Shown: positions 15,467 to 24,848 of the stretch, in pieces | Layout: each line of letters begins with the position of its first letter | Numbering within the stretch: position 1 is the first letter of the stretch | From: a virus | Lineage: Duplodnaviria > Caudoviricetes | IMG/VR virus record: IMGVR_UViG_3300027764_000013 | Span: 1-37,785 of that record | Direction: 5' to 3' (one strand) | DNA: 37,785 bases | Translations under genes and position numbers: made by a program | Notes under the pieces: model-generated | Seen by the model: only the letters and a program-made list of their open reading frames with translations | Databases searched by the model: none | What the model was told of the DNA's origin: nothing

Positions 15467-16830
15467 TGGGGAACACATTCGATGACGACGATTTCTTTTC
15501 AGACTTGCAACACGATCTGGACGCCAAGTCAGATGCGCTAGAAGCCAAAAAGCCCAAGAAGCAGATTGCCGGGAATAGTCCAGAGGAACAACCGATCAAG
15601 CGGACCCTGTTCCTCGGCGATCCCTGGGAGGACAAGCTTGTCGTTGATCAGAAGGGCTGGGCGATCAGCAACCATGCCAATCTTGCCCACACGCTTCGGC
15701 ATCACGGGGAGTGGACAGAGGCGCTGGCATACAACGCCTTCACAGGGCGCAAGATCCTGCTGAAGACCGTGCCAGGCACCCCGGCAAACAAGCAGTTCAA
15801 GCCTCGCGAGATCGAAGACCGTGACATCTTGAGCGCGACAAGCTGGTTTAACCGGAACCTGTTTCCAAGAGCAGCCAAGAACCAGGTTGCCGACGCCATC
15901 GACGATGTGGTGCATGACGCCATCATCAACCCGGTGAAGCACTTCTTGGAGGACTGCGAAGCAGCATGGGACAAGCAGCCAAGATTAGATAAATGGCTGT
16001 TCACCTATTGCGGGGTGGAGGGAGAAGACCCAGCGCACAGCAGCTACATCGAGCAAGTTGCAACCAAATGGTGCGTCAGCGCGGTTGCGAGGGTCATGGA
16101 GCCGGGTTGCAAGGCTGACGGTGTTCTGATCCTTGAAGGCAGCCAAGGGGCTGGGAAGAGCACCGCAGCCAAGGTGCTGGCCGGTCCTGAGTTTTTCGGA
16201 GATAGCCTGCCTCCGATGCACTCCAAGGAGGCCAGCGGCTACGTCAGAGGGCGCTGGATCATCGAACTGGCAGAACTTGCCAACGTCTCCAAGGCCGAGG
16301 TGGAGGTGGTCAAAGCGTTTATTTCAAGATCAGAGGAACGGTTCAGACCGCCATACGGCAGGAACGAAGTCACCTTTCCCCGGCAATGCGTCTTTATCGG
16401 ATCAACCAATCGAACGGATTATCTGCGGGACGACACCGGCAACAGGCGCTTCTGGCCGGTGAAGGTGGGCAGGATCGACACAGATGCGCTCCAGCAGGAT
16501 CGCATCCAGATATGGGGCGAGGCTGTCCATAGATACCGGCAGGGCGAGCAGTGGTGGCTTACAAGGGCTGCTGAGACCATCGCAGCACAGGAGACGAAGG
16601 CCAGGCTCATAGACGATCCATGGACGTCTGAGGTGCTATCCAAGGTTCTGGGGAAGCAGGAGACCTGCGTGAGCCAGATCATGTCTGACATGCTGATCGA
16701 AGTCAGCAGGCGGGACAGGATGATGAGCAACCGTGTTGTCTCGATCTTGCTTCAGAATGGGTGGAGCAGGGATGGGCAGTTCACAGCGCAGCCTAATAAG
16801 GGGCAGGCCAAGTTCGTGAAGAAGGGATGA
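15466..16830 (+). CDS. VapE/VirE-family P-loop helicase (no primase domain seen)
   Basis: LEGSQGAGKST Walker A, WIIELAE Walker B, RPPYGR, FIGSTN, DDTGNRRFWPV. Confidence 0.88.
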   Translation: MGNTFDDDDFFSDLQHDLDAKSDALEAKKPKKQIAGNSPEEQPIKRTLFLGDPWEDKLVVDQKGWAISNHANLAHTLRHHGEWTEALAYNAFTGRKILLKTVPGTPANKQFKPREIEDRDILSATSWFNRNLFPRAAKNQVADAIDDVVHDAIINPVKHFLEDCEAAWDKQPRLDKWLFTYCGVEGEDPAHSSYIEQVATKWCVSAVARVMEPGCKADGVLILEGSQGAGKSTAAKVLAGPEFFGDSLPPMHSKEASGYVRGRWIIELAELANVSKAEVEVVKAFISRSEERFRPPYGRNEVTFPRQCVFIGSTNRTDYLRDDTGNRRFWPVKVGRIDTDALQQDRIQIWGEAVHRYRQGEQWWLTRAAETIAAQETKARLIDDPWTSEVLSKVLGKQETCVSQIMSDMLIEVSRRDRMMSNRVVSILLQNGWSRDGQFTAQPNKGQAKFVKKG

Positions 16831-16833
16831 GGG

Positions 16834-16864
16834 TTTCACCCAATAGGTGAGCTATTGGGTGAAA
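16834..16864. terminator. Perfect 13-bp inverted repeat between convergent genes (probable bidirectional terminator)
   Basis: TTTCACCCAATAG-GTGAG-CTATTGGGTGAAA. Confidence 0.7.
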
Positions 16865-16872
16865 TTGATTGG

Positions 16873-17112
16873 CTACTTGATGCGCCAGACACGGAAGACA
16901 CCGGCCTTGCGGTCAACACGGCAGGTGAATTCCATCCCTCTGCGCAGATGATAGAGGTGAACCAATTTCCTGGCCCTGCTTTCCTTGAATGTTGGTTCAT
17001 CCAAGTTAAACACTGCGCACTGTCCAACAGACATATCTCTGAACGGATAGACACATCCTACAGGAGCTTTCGCTGGCATGGGTAGGTCGTTGTGGATCTC
17101 AAAAGCTAACAT
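16873..17112 (-). CDS. Small basic putative DNA-binding protein (only supported minus-strand gene)
   Basis: YPFRDMSVG...GVFRVWR motif seen in small phage proteins; AAGGAG RBS on the minus strand. Confidence 0.7.
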   Translation of the reverse strand: MLAFEIHNDLPMPAKAPVGCVYPFRDMSVGQCAVFNLDEPTFKESRARKLVHLYHLRRGMEFTCRVDRKAGVFRVWRIK

Positions 17113-17473
17113 GCCTTACATCTCCTTGCCTTATTGACGCCTAGTCGCCAATGTCTACATAGGTACTAAATATAACAGGGAAAGTCCATTAGGATGGAAA
17201 GGAACGGTTCAAAGTGCGGCAGATAGGGCGGTCGACAGAATGAAAGGATTTGACACTTTCGGACCAAATCCGTCTACCTATGGAAGGCGGTCGACAGGGT
17301 AGTTTGTTTTCTACTTACCTTTTTTTTTTAATTAACTTATTGATATATAGACACAATATAATTAGCAGGTAGATAGCCTGCCCTATTACAGCCTATTTCC
17401 AGAGGTCCCGTAGAATCCGTCTACCCTATTTACCGAAATGCTCAGCACAAGCACACAAAAACAGGGTCAACCA
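17113..17473. promoter_or_regulatory. Probable replication origin / divergent control region
   Basis: Non-coding; AT-rich core with a T10 run; GGCGGTCGACAG twice and AATCCGTCTACC twice; near the helicase gene. Confidence 0.5.
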
Positions 17474-18046
17474 ATGCAAAGGGTGAACATATCAATGGCC
17501 GACAGAACCACAAACAGAGCCAAGACAGCCAGGGACGCAGGTCTATGGGCGGCGATCCAAGTCGCGGACCAAGCCGCAATCAAGTTCGAAGGCGAATGGG
17601 GCATAGGACGCCTGGAGCGCATCGTTCCGCCTGAACTTGCAGCCAAGTTCGCAATCGCCAAGCACCAGCTAGACGAGGCTATCATGGCCGTGGACATCGA
17701 ACTTGCCAGCCAGAAGGCAATGGCGATGGCAAGGGGCTGGGAGGCGCTGGACAAGGCTGCAAGGGCAGCAGGCCATAGGAGTGAGGATAACAGCCACGTG
17801 TGGTTCCACGGCTCTCCTGACGGCAGGAAACGCTATGCCTTCGCCAAGTCGGTCCACGACATCCCGGACATCGCCAAGCGCCACCCAGATCACATCGTCA
17901 TCAGCTTCGATGAAATCGTAGGACTGTTCGAGAGGCCAGACGCAATGGCAACCATCGCAGAGATCAAACGGCAGTTTCCAGGGGCATACGTCCAGAACAA
18001 GAACCCGACGAACACGCTGCTGAATGATGCGATCCCTTTTGATTGA
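17474..18046 (+). CDS. Hypothetical conserved phage protein
   Basis: EGEWGIGRL...LV(IV)PPELAAKF-type motif; acidic DAIPFD end; GGGTCA leader. Confidence 0.7.
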   Translation: MQRVNISMADRTTNRAKTARDAGLWAAIQVADQAAIKFEGEWGIGRLERIVPPELAAKFAIAKHQLDEAIMAVDIELASQKAMAMARGWEALDKAARAAGHRSEDNSHVWFHGSPDGRKRYAFAKSVHDIPDIAKRHPDHIVISFDEIVGLFERPDAMATIAEIKRQFPGAYVQNKNPTNTLLNDAIPFD

Positions 18047-18081
18047 CCCCGATTAACCAGAAACAGGTTAATCGGGGTTTT
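18046..18081 (+). terminator. Intrinsic terminator ending the replication block
   Basis: ACCCCGATTAACC-AGAAACA-GGTTAATCGGGGT followed by TTT. Confidence 0.75.
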
Positions 18082-18110
18082 GACATGACGCAGAACTTTT
18101 GTCATACAAT
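18080..18110 (+). promoter_or_regulatory. Candidate late promoter
   Basis: TTGACA and TACAAT with a long 19-nt spacer; TGACA...TGTCA dyad overlapping. Confidence 0.4.
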
Positions 18111-18156
18111 ATGGTAACGGGATACCGGATGGTATTAGGATACCGCAGAGGGTCAG

Positions 18157-18813
18157 ATGCCGAAGGATTTAACGCCAGCGCAGATCGAAGCGCGGCGCAA
18201 AAGGATCGAAGCAAGAGCCAGGCGTCCTAAACGCAGGGTGACGCTGGCTGAGGAAGTTCAAATAAAACAGCCTTCTAGGATCGGAAGGCCCAGCAAAAAG
18301 TCACCTGCTATCATCGACGACATCATCGCAGGCGTGTCGTCAGGCAGATCCATTGCGAACGTGTGTGCCAATGATCCGGGGATGCCTGATGTCAGAAGCG
18401 TGTATAGATGGCTGGGGGAAGACGACGATTTCCGTCTAGCATACTTGCGCGCCTGCTCGAACCGAAGCCTCGTCTACGCTGATACGATCGGGGACATTGC
18501 GCAGGCGGTATTGGCTGGAAAGCTGGACCCAAACGGGGCTAGAGTGGCGATAGACAGCTACAAATGGCTGGCAACCAAGCTAGTGCCAACGATCTTCGGA
18601 GAGCGGCAGGAGGTGCAGGTAACGCATCAGCACCTGCATCTGCACGCTCTCAGGCAGCTGTCAGAGGCGGCAAGGGTTGGTCAGGCAGCCATTGCACAGC
18701 GTGAACTGGAGCTACAAGCCATCGAGATAGGGGACACAATAGGGGACAGCAGCGATGACGACCTGCAACCCATTGAAATCATTACACCTAGGGCGGATGA
18801 TATATCCGTATAA
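18157..18813 (+). CDS. terS: Terminase small subunit (Sf6/P22-like)
   Basis: GRPSK...SGRSIANVC...MPDVRSVYRWL...IDSYKWLATKLVP. Confidence 0.8.
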   Translation: MPKDLTPAQIEARRKRIEARARRPKRRVTLAEEVQIKQPSRIGRPSKKSPAIIDDIIAGVSSGRSIANVCANDPGMPDVRSVYRWLGEDDDFRLAYLRACSNRSLVYADTIGDIAQAVLAGKLDPNGARVAIDSYKWLATKLVPTIFGERQEVQVTHQHLHLHALRQLSEAARVGQAAIAQRELELQAIEIGDTIGDSSDDDLQPIEIITPRADDISV

Positions 18814-19237
18814 CCGTGATGAGGGAACAGATGGGGGACAGGTGGGACGGGGACACAGGCGGCATCAGCAGGCGTCCAGGGTCACGCTGGGATGGGGATG
18901 TGTCGGGAGCCCCCCCGGCCTCCCCAGGCGGCGGGGGGCGGCTGTTGCAGCAGCACCCTCTGCTCACAGACACCATTTCACCCACAGAAACACCTCACCC
19001 TGAGAAACCCACGGCATACTCGGATCACAAGTATCCACCTGGAGAAGAGAAGCGTGCTGAACCCACATCCAAGGCATACTCTGAAACCAAAGAACCCCCC
19101 TCAACACCACAAACGTCTATCCCTTTTTACACTCAACAACCCCCTGTAACAGGTTAACAGGCAAGCAGGGGTGGACCCCCCTCCCCCCCCTACCGGGTTG
19201 CCTTGTTCGACTGGTCTTCCAAAAAAAAGAAATCAGA

Positions 19238-20641
19238 ATGACACAGCCAATCAACGAAGCTGACGCCTACATCGACTTCATCCGCACCTATGCGGCAGAT
19301 CCCGTTGGTTTTGTGATCAATGTTCTGAAGGCTGATCCTCTGCCGTGGCAGAAGGACTTCCTGAACAAGATTGCCAAGGGCGAGCGCAGGATCAGCGTCA
19401 GGGCCGGTCACGGCGTGGGCAAGTCCACCGCCTGCTCCTGGGCGCTGATCTGGCATATGACGTGCCGCTTTCCGCAGAAGGGTGTGGTGACGGCTCCGAC
19501 TGCGGCGCAGTTGTTTGACGCATTGTTTGCCGAGCTTAAGTCATGGATTAATAAGCTTCCACCTGTTCTCAGGGAAAGCTTCGAGGTGTTCTCGGACAAG
19601 ATCGTGCTGAAGGGTGCGCCAGAAAGCAGCTTCATATCGGCCAGGACCAGCAGCGCGGAAAGACCAGAGGCGCTGGCCGGTGTTCACTCCGAGCATGTTT
19701 TGCTGGTGGTCGATGAGGCGTCTGCCGTGCCAGAGGCGGTCTTCGAGGCGGCGGCTGGCTCAATGTCCGGCCACTCAGCCACAACCATCATGATCTCGAA
19801 TCCCACCCGGTCATCCGGCCTTTTCTATAAAACGCACCATGAACTGGCGTCCGACTGGAACCGGATGCATGTCAGTTGCTTGGATAACCCACTAGTTTCC
19901 ACAGACTTTGTGCGACAAATCGCCGCAACATATGGTGAGGCGTCCAATGCCTTCCGCATCCGCGTTCTCGGCGAGTTCGCCCTGGGCGACGACGACACCC
20001 TGATCCCGGCTGAGCTTGTCGATGCAGCCTTTGATCGGGATATTACGGCGCCCATGTCTGAGCCTATTATATATGGAGTGGACGTTGCCAGGTTTGGTTC
20101 AGATCGAACGGCGCTCTGCAAACGGCGCGGCAATGTTGTGGTTGAGTTGAAATCATGGGGCGGTCTCGATCTGATGCAGACGGTCGGCGCGATTGTGAAT
20201 GAAGCCAAGATGGATGCACCAGACGAGATCTGCGTGGACACCATCGGTCTCGGATCAGGCGTCGCCGATCGACTGCGGGAACAGGGCTACAACGTCAGGG
20301 ACGTGAACGTGTCGGAAAGCTCGGCCATGAACCCGAATGCCAACAGGCTGCGGGATGAACTGTGGATCTCGGTAAAGGATTGGCTGGGGACGCGGGCGGT
20401 AAAGTTGCCAAGGGATGAGGCGCTGCGCCATGAACTGGTCGCCCCTCGCTACACGTTTTCCAGTTCTGGCAAATTAGTGGTAGAGTCGAAGGACGGAATG
20501 AGAAAGCGCGGGATGCGTTCGCCCGACTTGGCGGATAGCCTGTGTTTGACGTTTGCCGGAACTGCCGCTGGTGTGGGCGGTCGAGCATTTGCATGGCGTC
20601 CCGGCAAACCGCTGCGGCGCGGAATCAGTGGGATCGTGTGA
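19238..20641 (+). CDS. terL: Terminase large subunit
   Basis: AGHGVGKS Walker A, LLVVDEA Walker B, SNP motif, GVDVARFGSD nuclease motif, SPDLAD. Confidence 0.95.
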   Translation: MTQPINEADAYIDFIRTYAADPVGFVINVLKADPLPWQKDFLNKIAKGERRISVRAGHGVGKSTACSWALIWHMTCRFPQKGVVTAPTAAQLFDALFAELKSWINKLPPVLRESFEVFSDKIVLKGAPESSFISARTSSAERPEALAGVHSEHVLLVVDEASAVPEAVFEAAAGSMSGHSATTIMISNPTRSSGLFYKTHHELASDWNRMHVSCLDNPLVSTDFVRQIAATYGEASNAFRIRVLGEFALGDDDTLIPAELVDAAFDRDITAPMSEPIIYGVDVARFGSDRTALCKRRGNVVVELKSWGGLDLMQTVGAIVNEAKMDAPDEICVDTIGLGSGVADRLREQGYNVRDVNVSESSAMNPNANRLRDELWISVKDWLGTRAVKLPRDEALRHELVAPRYTFSSSGKLVVESKDGMRKRGMRSPDLADSLCLTFAGTAAGVGGRAFAWRPGKPLRRGISGIV

Positions 20642-21252
20642 TGGCTGATTATGCCGATCTGACGCCAGAACAAATGATGATGCTCTACCGAATGGGTATG
20701 GGCGGATCAAATCCTAATGTTGCCCAGAGCGGCGGGCAAGCAGGGGCGTTTCAGACATCGGTTCAGAATGTAGAGAATGAATATGGCCGGTTGGCTAATG
20801 CCAACATATCTGCGGCTGGAGGCGAGGATCTGAAACTAAGGGCTGCGCTTAATGCGGCAATGAGTTCAACACCACGGGGATCTGGGACAACAATCAGCCC
20901 ACAACTTGCCGCAGAATATGGGCGTCTTTCTGCGCAATATGGGCAGAACTACCAAGATGGTGTTAGGCAGGGGCAAACGATTGGCGGCGGCGTTGATCTT
21001 GGCCCAGCCCAGTTGCAAGCAATGCGCAACATTGCATCTGCTGGACCATCCAGCACAACTTACTCTGTTAATGTGCCGACAAGTGTGGCAACTATCGGTG
21101 GGCAGATGACGCAAGGTGCAGGCATCCCAACAAGTTATGGGGCAAGGGCGCAGATCCCCGGCCTGCTTGGTGGATTGGCTGAGATAGTTGGCGAAATAAC
21201 CCCTTCAACCAAAGATAAGGCCATTTATGCGCGTTATCGGAAACAGTTCTGA
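20641..21252 (+). CDS. Hypothetical protein, beta-strand rich, ending YARYRKQF
   Basis: TGATG-coupled to terL; alternating polar/hydrophobic segments. Confidence 0.65.
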   Translation: MADYADLTPEQMMMLYRMGMGGSNPNVAQSGGQAGAFQTSVQNVENEYGRLANANISAAGGEDLKLRAALNAAMSSTPRGSGTTISPQLAAEYGRLSAQYGQNYQDGVRQGQTIGGGVDLGPAQLQAMRNIASAGPSSTTYSVNVPTSVATIGGQMTQGAGIPTSYGARAQIPGLLGGLAEIVGEITPSTKDKAIYARYRKQF

Positions 21253-21264
21253 GGGGATCGTGTG

Positions 21265-21570
21265 ATGGCGAAGACCCCGGCATGGCAGAGATCGGAAGGC
21301 AAAAACCCCAAGGGCGGGTTGAACGCCAAGGGCCGCGCATCTGCAAAAGCCGAGGGGATGAACCTAAAACCTCCTGTGAAGGCTGGCGATAATCCTCGCC
21401 GTGCTTCATTCTTGGCTCGGATGGGAAACATGCCGGGGCCAGAACGGGATGAAAAGGGACAGCCAACACGTCTACTTCTATCGCTGCAAGCGTGGGGAGC
21501 GAGTTCAAAGGCGGATGCCAAGACCAAGGCAAAAGCCATCTCGACGAGAAATAGTGGAAAGAAGCCTTGA
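21265..21570 (+). CDS. Small basic protein (DUF6321-like)
   Basis: PAWQRSEGKNPKGGLNAKGRAS...RRASFLARM. Confidence 0.75.
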   Translation: MAKTPAWQRSEGKNPKGGLNAKGRASAKAEGMNLKPPVKAGDNPRRASFLARMGNMPGPERDEKGQPTRLLLSLQAWGASSKADAKTKAKAISTRNSGKKP

Positions 21571-21599
21571 AGAGGCGTTACGACTAAAGGAGCACGATC

Positions 21600-21923
21600 A
21601 TGAGCAAAATCATCAAGGACAGTAATGGTCAGCTTGTGCCGACTGTTTCCTTTCCTGGCACAACGCAGGTTATAACTGTTGGAAATACCAGCTCTGCAAC
21701 GGCAACGGCTTTTGGACCGTTTACAACAATGGTTCGTGTGGCTTGTTCTCTTGGTCACTGTCACGTTGCATTTGGCGCGGCTCCTGTCGCCAGTATCACA
21801 ACCAGTCCGATGGTTCCAAATAACTGGTCTGAGGTTTTTGCTGTAAACCCCGGCGATAAAATGGCTGTTATCAAGGATTCAGCCGTTACTTCATCCACGG
21901 TATCTGTCACGGAGATTATCTGA
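21600..21923 (+). CDS. Small beta-rich protein, possible capsid decoration
   Basis: AAGGAG RBS; Thr/Val-rich jelly-roll-like pattern. Confidence 0.6.
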   Translation: MSKIIKDSNGQLVPTVSFPGTTQVITVGNTSSATATAFGPFTTMVRVACSLGHCHVAFGAAPVASITTSPMVPNNWSEVFAVNPGDKMAVIKDSAVTSSTVSVTEII

Positions 21924-22420
21924 TGGCTGACTTTATGATGGAAGACAGCCAGCGCGGTGACACTTGCCCGCAGGCAACCGGCGACATCACCATGAACCTG
22001 AAGAACAGGGGCAAGGCAATTGATAAGGCGGACTATGGGCCGATGGACCCTAATCAGCCCAACGACCGGTATTGGCGCAGAATGGGTCAGCGTTGGGACG
22101 TCTCAGGTGATGAGGCGAAATCAATGCTCTGCGGCAATTGTTCTGCTTTTAATCAGAAGCAGAAGATCATCGACTGCATCGAGGAGGGGATTGGCGATGG
22201 AATGGCTGACGATGCAATGGAGGTCATTGAAGCAGGTGATCTTGGCTTCTGTGAAATCTTTGACTTCAAGTGTGCTGCGGAGCGCACCTGCGCTGCGTGG
22301 ATTGTCGGCGGACCAATTAAGGACAATGCCGAGAGTGACAATTCGGATGAGTATGCGGACGAAGACGGGTCTGAAGGCGATGAGCCTGCACTAGCCATTA
22401 TGATCGGTAGGAAAAGATGA
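21923..22420 (+). CDS. Cys-rich acidic protein (possible metal or Fe-S binding)
   Basis: CP...CGNC...GFC...KC...TC..W. Confidence 0.7.
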   Translation: MADFMMEDSQRGDTCPQATGDITMNLKNRGKAIDKADYGPMDPNQPNDRYWRRMGQRWDVSGDEAKSMLCGNCSAFNQKQKIIDCIEEGIGDGMADDAMEVIEAGDLGFCEIFDFKCAAERTCAAWIVGGPIKDNAESDNSDEYADEDGSEGDEPALAIMIGRKR

Positions 22421-22593
22421 AGAAATCCAGCAAATCAAACGCCAAGATCGCTAAAGTGATGGGTGAATATAAGGCTGGAACGCTTCACGCTGGCGTCAAT
22501 CCAAAGGGGCCGAAGAAGGCTCCGATGGCTGGCAGCAGGAAGCAGGCAATTGCGATTGCGCTCAGCGAAGCTGGCAAGTCAAAGAAGAAATAA
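22417..22593 (+). CDS. 58-aa basic protein (DUF6496-like; absent from the ORF track)
   Basis: KIAKVMGEYKAGTLH...SRKQAIAIALSEAGKSKKK*; ATGA overlap. Confidence 0.75.
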   Translation: MKKSSKSNAKIAKVMGEYKAGTLHAGVNPKGPKKAPMAGSRKQAIAIALSEAGKSKKK

Positions 22594-22604
22594 GGATCTA
22601 AGAC

Positions 22605-24848
22605 ATGGCGAACCCTACAACGTCATTTGGCGCATATAACCCCGATCTGATCCCGATCAGCGCGGATGGCGTTCAGGACTCGGCTTACAACAGCGAAACC
22701 GGGTTTCTGACACCATATGAGGTGCCGATGACGGATGAGGAGTTTCGCTATCGGGTTGCCCAGGCGATTGAGGACGCAACAACCTACATCGACAGCTATA
22801 TTGCGCCAGAGCGTGAACGCGCAATGTCGTTCTACCTGGGCGATCTCTTTGGCAATGAAGAGGCTGGCCGATCTCAGGTGATCATGACGGAGGTGCGCGA
22901 CACCGTTCTATCCATGATCCCGTCTTTGCTTCGCATCTTCACGGGCGGCGACAAGCTGCTTGAGTTTATCCCGAAGTCTGCCGAGGATGTCGAAAGCGCA
23001 GAACAGGCCACAGACCTGATCAACTACATCTTCATGCAGGAAAACCCCGGTTTCCGCATCCTCCATGACGCCATCAAGGATGCTCTGATCCTGAAAACAG
23101 GCGTTCTGACATGGTATGTGCGCACCGATGAGACGGTGGAATATTATTCCTACTCCGGCATCACCCAGGCAGAAGCAAGCTTCATTGCCCAAGACCCTGA
23201 TGTGTCCGTTGACGAATATGCCGAAGAAATGGACATGATGACTGGCGAGCAGCGCATCACAATGCGCATCAAGCGGACCAAAAAGACGCCCCGATATGTG
23301 GTTGAGTGCGTTCCTCCTGAGCAATTCCTGATCGACAACGAAGCAACCTGCATTGCAGACGCGATCTATGTTGCCAGACGCAAGCTGACGACCATCTCTG
23401 AGCTGGTTCAGATGGGTTACGACAAGACAATCATCGAGGAGAACGCTGGAACCGGCGGCTTCGAGATGAACAACGAGGTCATCGTCAGAAACCCAGCAGA
23501 TCAGTCGTTTTTCGGCATAACAGCCCAGAATGACGAGGCCACCACCAAAGTCTACTACGTCGAGAGCTATATGCGGATCGACAAAGACGGCGATGGCATT
23601 GCTGAACTGCATAAGGTCTGCTCGGTCGGCAACGGCTCCTATATTCTCCATGATGAGGTGGTGCAATATGCGCCATTCTCGCTGCTGGAGCCTGATCCAA
23701 CGCCTCACACGATCTTTGGCAAGTCGATTGCCGATCAGACAATGGATCTGCAACTGATCAAATCCTCAATCATGCGCAACACGCTCGATAGCCTGGCGCA
23801 GTCGATCCATCCGCGCATGGTCATCGTCGAAAATCAGGTCAACATCGACGACGTGATGAACGTGGAGACGGGTGCCATCATCCGCGCTCGCGCTCCTGGC
23901 ATGATCGCGCCTCTGGTTGAGCCATTTGTTGGGCAACAGGCGCTTGGCGTCTTGGCCTATCTCGACGAGGTGAAGACCCAGCGCACCGGCATCTCCCGCA
24001 CATCGCAGGGGCTGGATGCTGACGTGCTGCAATCAACCACTCGGGCGGCGGTTCAGGCGCAATTGTCGTCTTCGCAGGATCGCATCGAGATGATCGCCAG
24101 GCTGTTTGCCGATGGCATCAAGCACTGCTTCCAAGGCGTCTTGCAGATGGTGATCCAGCACCAGGACAAGGCCAAGATCATCCGCCTGCGCAACAAGTTC
24201 GTGCCGGTCGATCCTCGCGGCTGGGATTCCAGCATGGATATGATTGTCAACATCTCGCTGGGACGCGGCTCTGATGAAACCCGCCTGATGGGTCTGGGTC
24301 AAATCGCCCAGATGCAGCAAGCAGCCATCGAGAAATATGGTCCTAATAACCCGCTGGTTGATCTCGCGCAGTTCCGCAACACGCTGGCGCAGATGACGAC
24401 CTTGCAGGGTTTCCAGGATGCTTCCCAGTTCTGGAAGGAAGTAAACCCGCAGGAGGTTCAGGCGTTTATGCAGCAGATGCAGGCTGGTTCCAACAAGCCC
24501 GATCCTGCGCAGTTGCTGGCTGACGTTGAGGCCGAGAAAACCAAGGCTGACATCATCATCAATGCGGCCAAGCAGGAGCTTGATCGCCAGAAAGCCATTG
24601 CCGAGAACGATTTCAAGCGCGATCAGATGTTCATCGACGCCATGTTGAAGGCGGCTGAAATCCAGGCCAAGTATGGGGCGCAGGTGGATATGGCGGTCAT
24701 CAAGGCCGAGGTTGATCGCCAGCGCACCGAGATCCAAGAGGTGTTCAAGACGGCGCAGGCGTTCGCGCCTCCTACCGCACCACCTCCTATTCCAATGCCG
24801 CAGGGGCCGATGATGCCTCCCGGCATGATGCCGCCGGGGATGCAGTAA
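22605..24848 (+). CDS. Portal protein (P22-like, with a C-terminal coiled-coil barrel)
   Basis: 747 aa; GNEEAGRSQV, KDALILKTG, VPPEQFLI; long helical C-terminus; lies between terL and scaffold. Confidence 0.9.
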   Translation: MANPTTSFGAYNPDLIPISADGVQDSAYNSETGFLTPYEVPMTDEEFRYRVAQAIEDATTYIDSYIAPERERAMSFYLGDLFGNEEAGRSQVIMTEVRDTVLSMIPSLLRIFTGGDKLLEFIPKSAEDVESAEQATDLINYIFMQENPGFRILHDAIKDALILKTGVLTWYVRTDETVEYYSYSGITQAEASFIAQDPDVSVDEYAEEMDMMTGEQRITMRIKRTKKTPRYVVECVPPEQFLIDNEATCIADAIYVARRKLTTISELVQMGYDKTIIEENAGTGGFEMNNEVIVRNPADQSFFGITAQNDEATTKVYYVESYMRIDKDGDGIAELHKVCSVGNGSYILHDEVVQYAPFSLLEPDPTPHTIFGKSIADQTMDLQLIKSSIMRNTLDSLAQSIHPRMVIVENQVNIDDVMNVETGAIIRARAPGMIAPLVEPFVGQQALGVLAYLDEVKTQRTGISRTSQGLDADVLQSTTRAAVQAQLSSSQDRIEMIARLFADGIKHCFQGVLQMVIQHQDKAKIIRLRNKFVPVDPRGWDSSMDMIVNISLGRGSDETRLMGLGQIAQMQQAAIEKYGPNNPLVDLAQFRNTLAQMTTLQGFQDASQFWKEVNPQEVQAFMQQMQAGSNKPDPAQLLADVEAEKTKADIIINAAKQELDRQKAIAENDFKRDQMFIDAMLKAAEIQAKYGAQVDMAVIKAEVDRQRTEIQEVFKTAQAFAPPTAPPPIPMPQGPMMPPGMMPPGMQ

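Noticed and set aside
17325-18071. CtrA boxes (TTAA-N7-TTAA)
   Set aside because: TTAA half-sites at about 17328-17335 and 18053-18071 do not have the 7-nt spacing.
18816-19157. 113-aa ORF between terS and terL
   Set aside because: Low-complexity product of skewed repeat DNA with no RBS or recognisable motif.
22908-24737. Long antisense ORFs (281 and 234 aa) within the portal gene, and similar ones elsewhere
   Set aside because: Expected shadow frames of GC-rich, codon-biased genes; no motifs or RBS.
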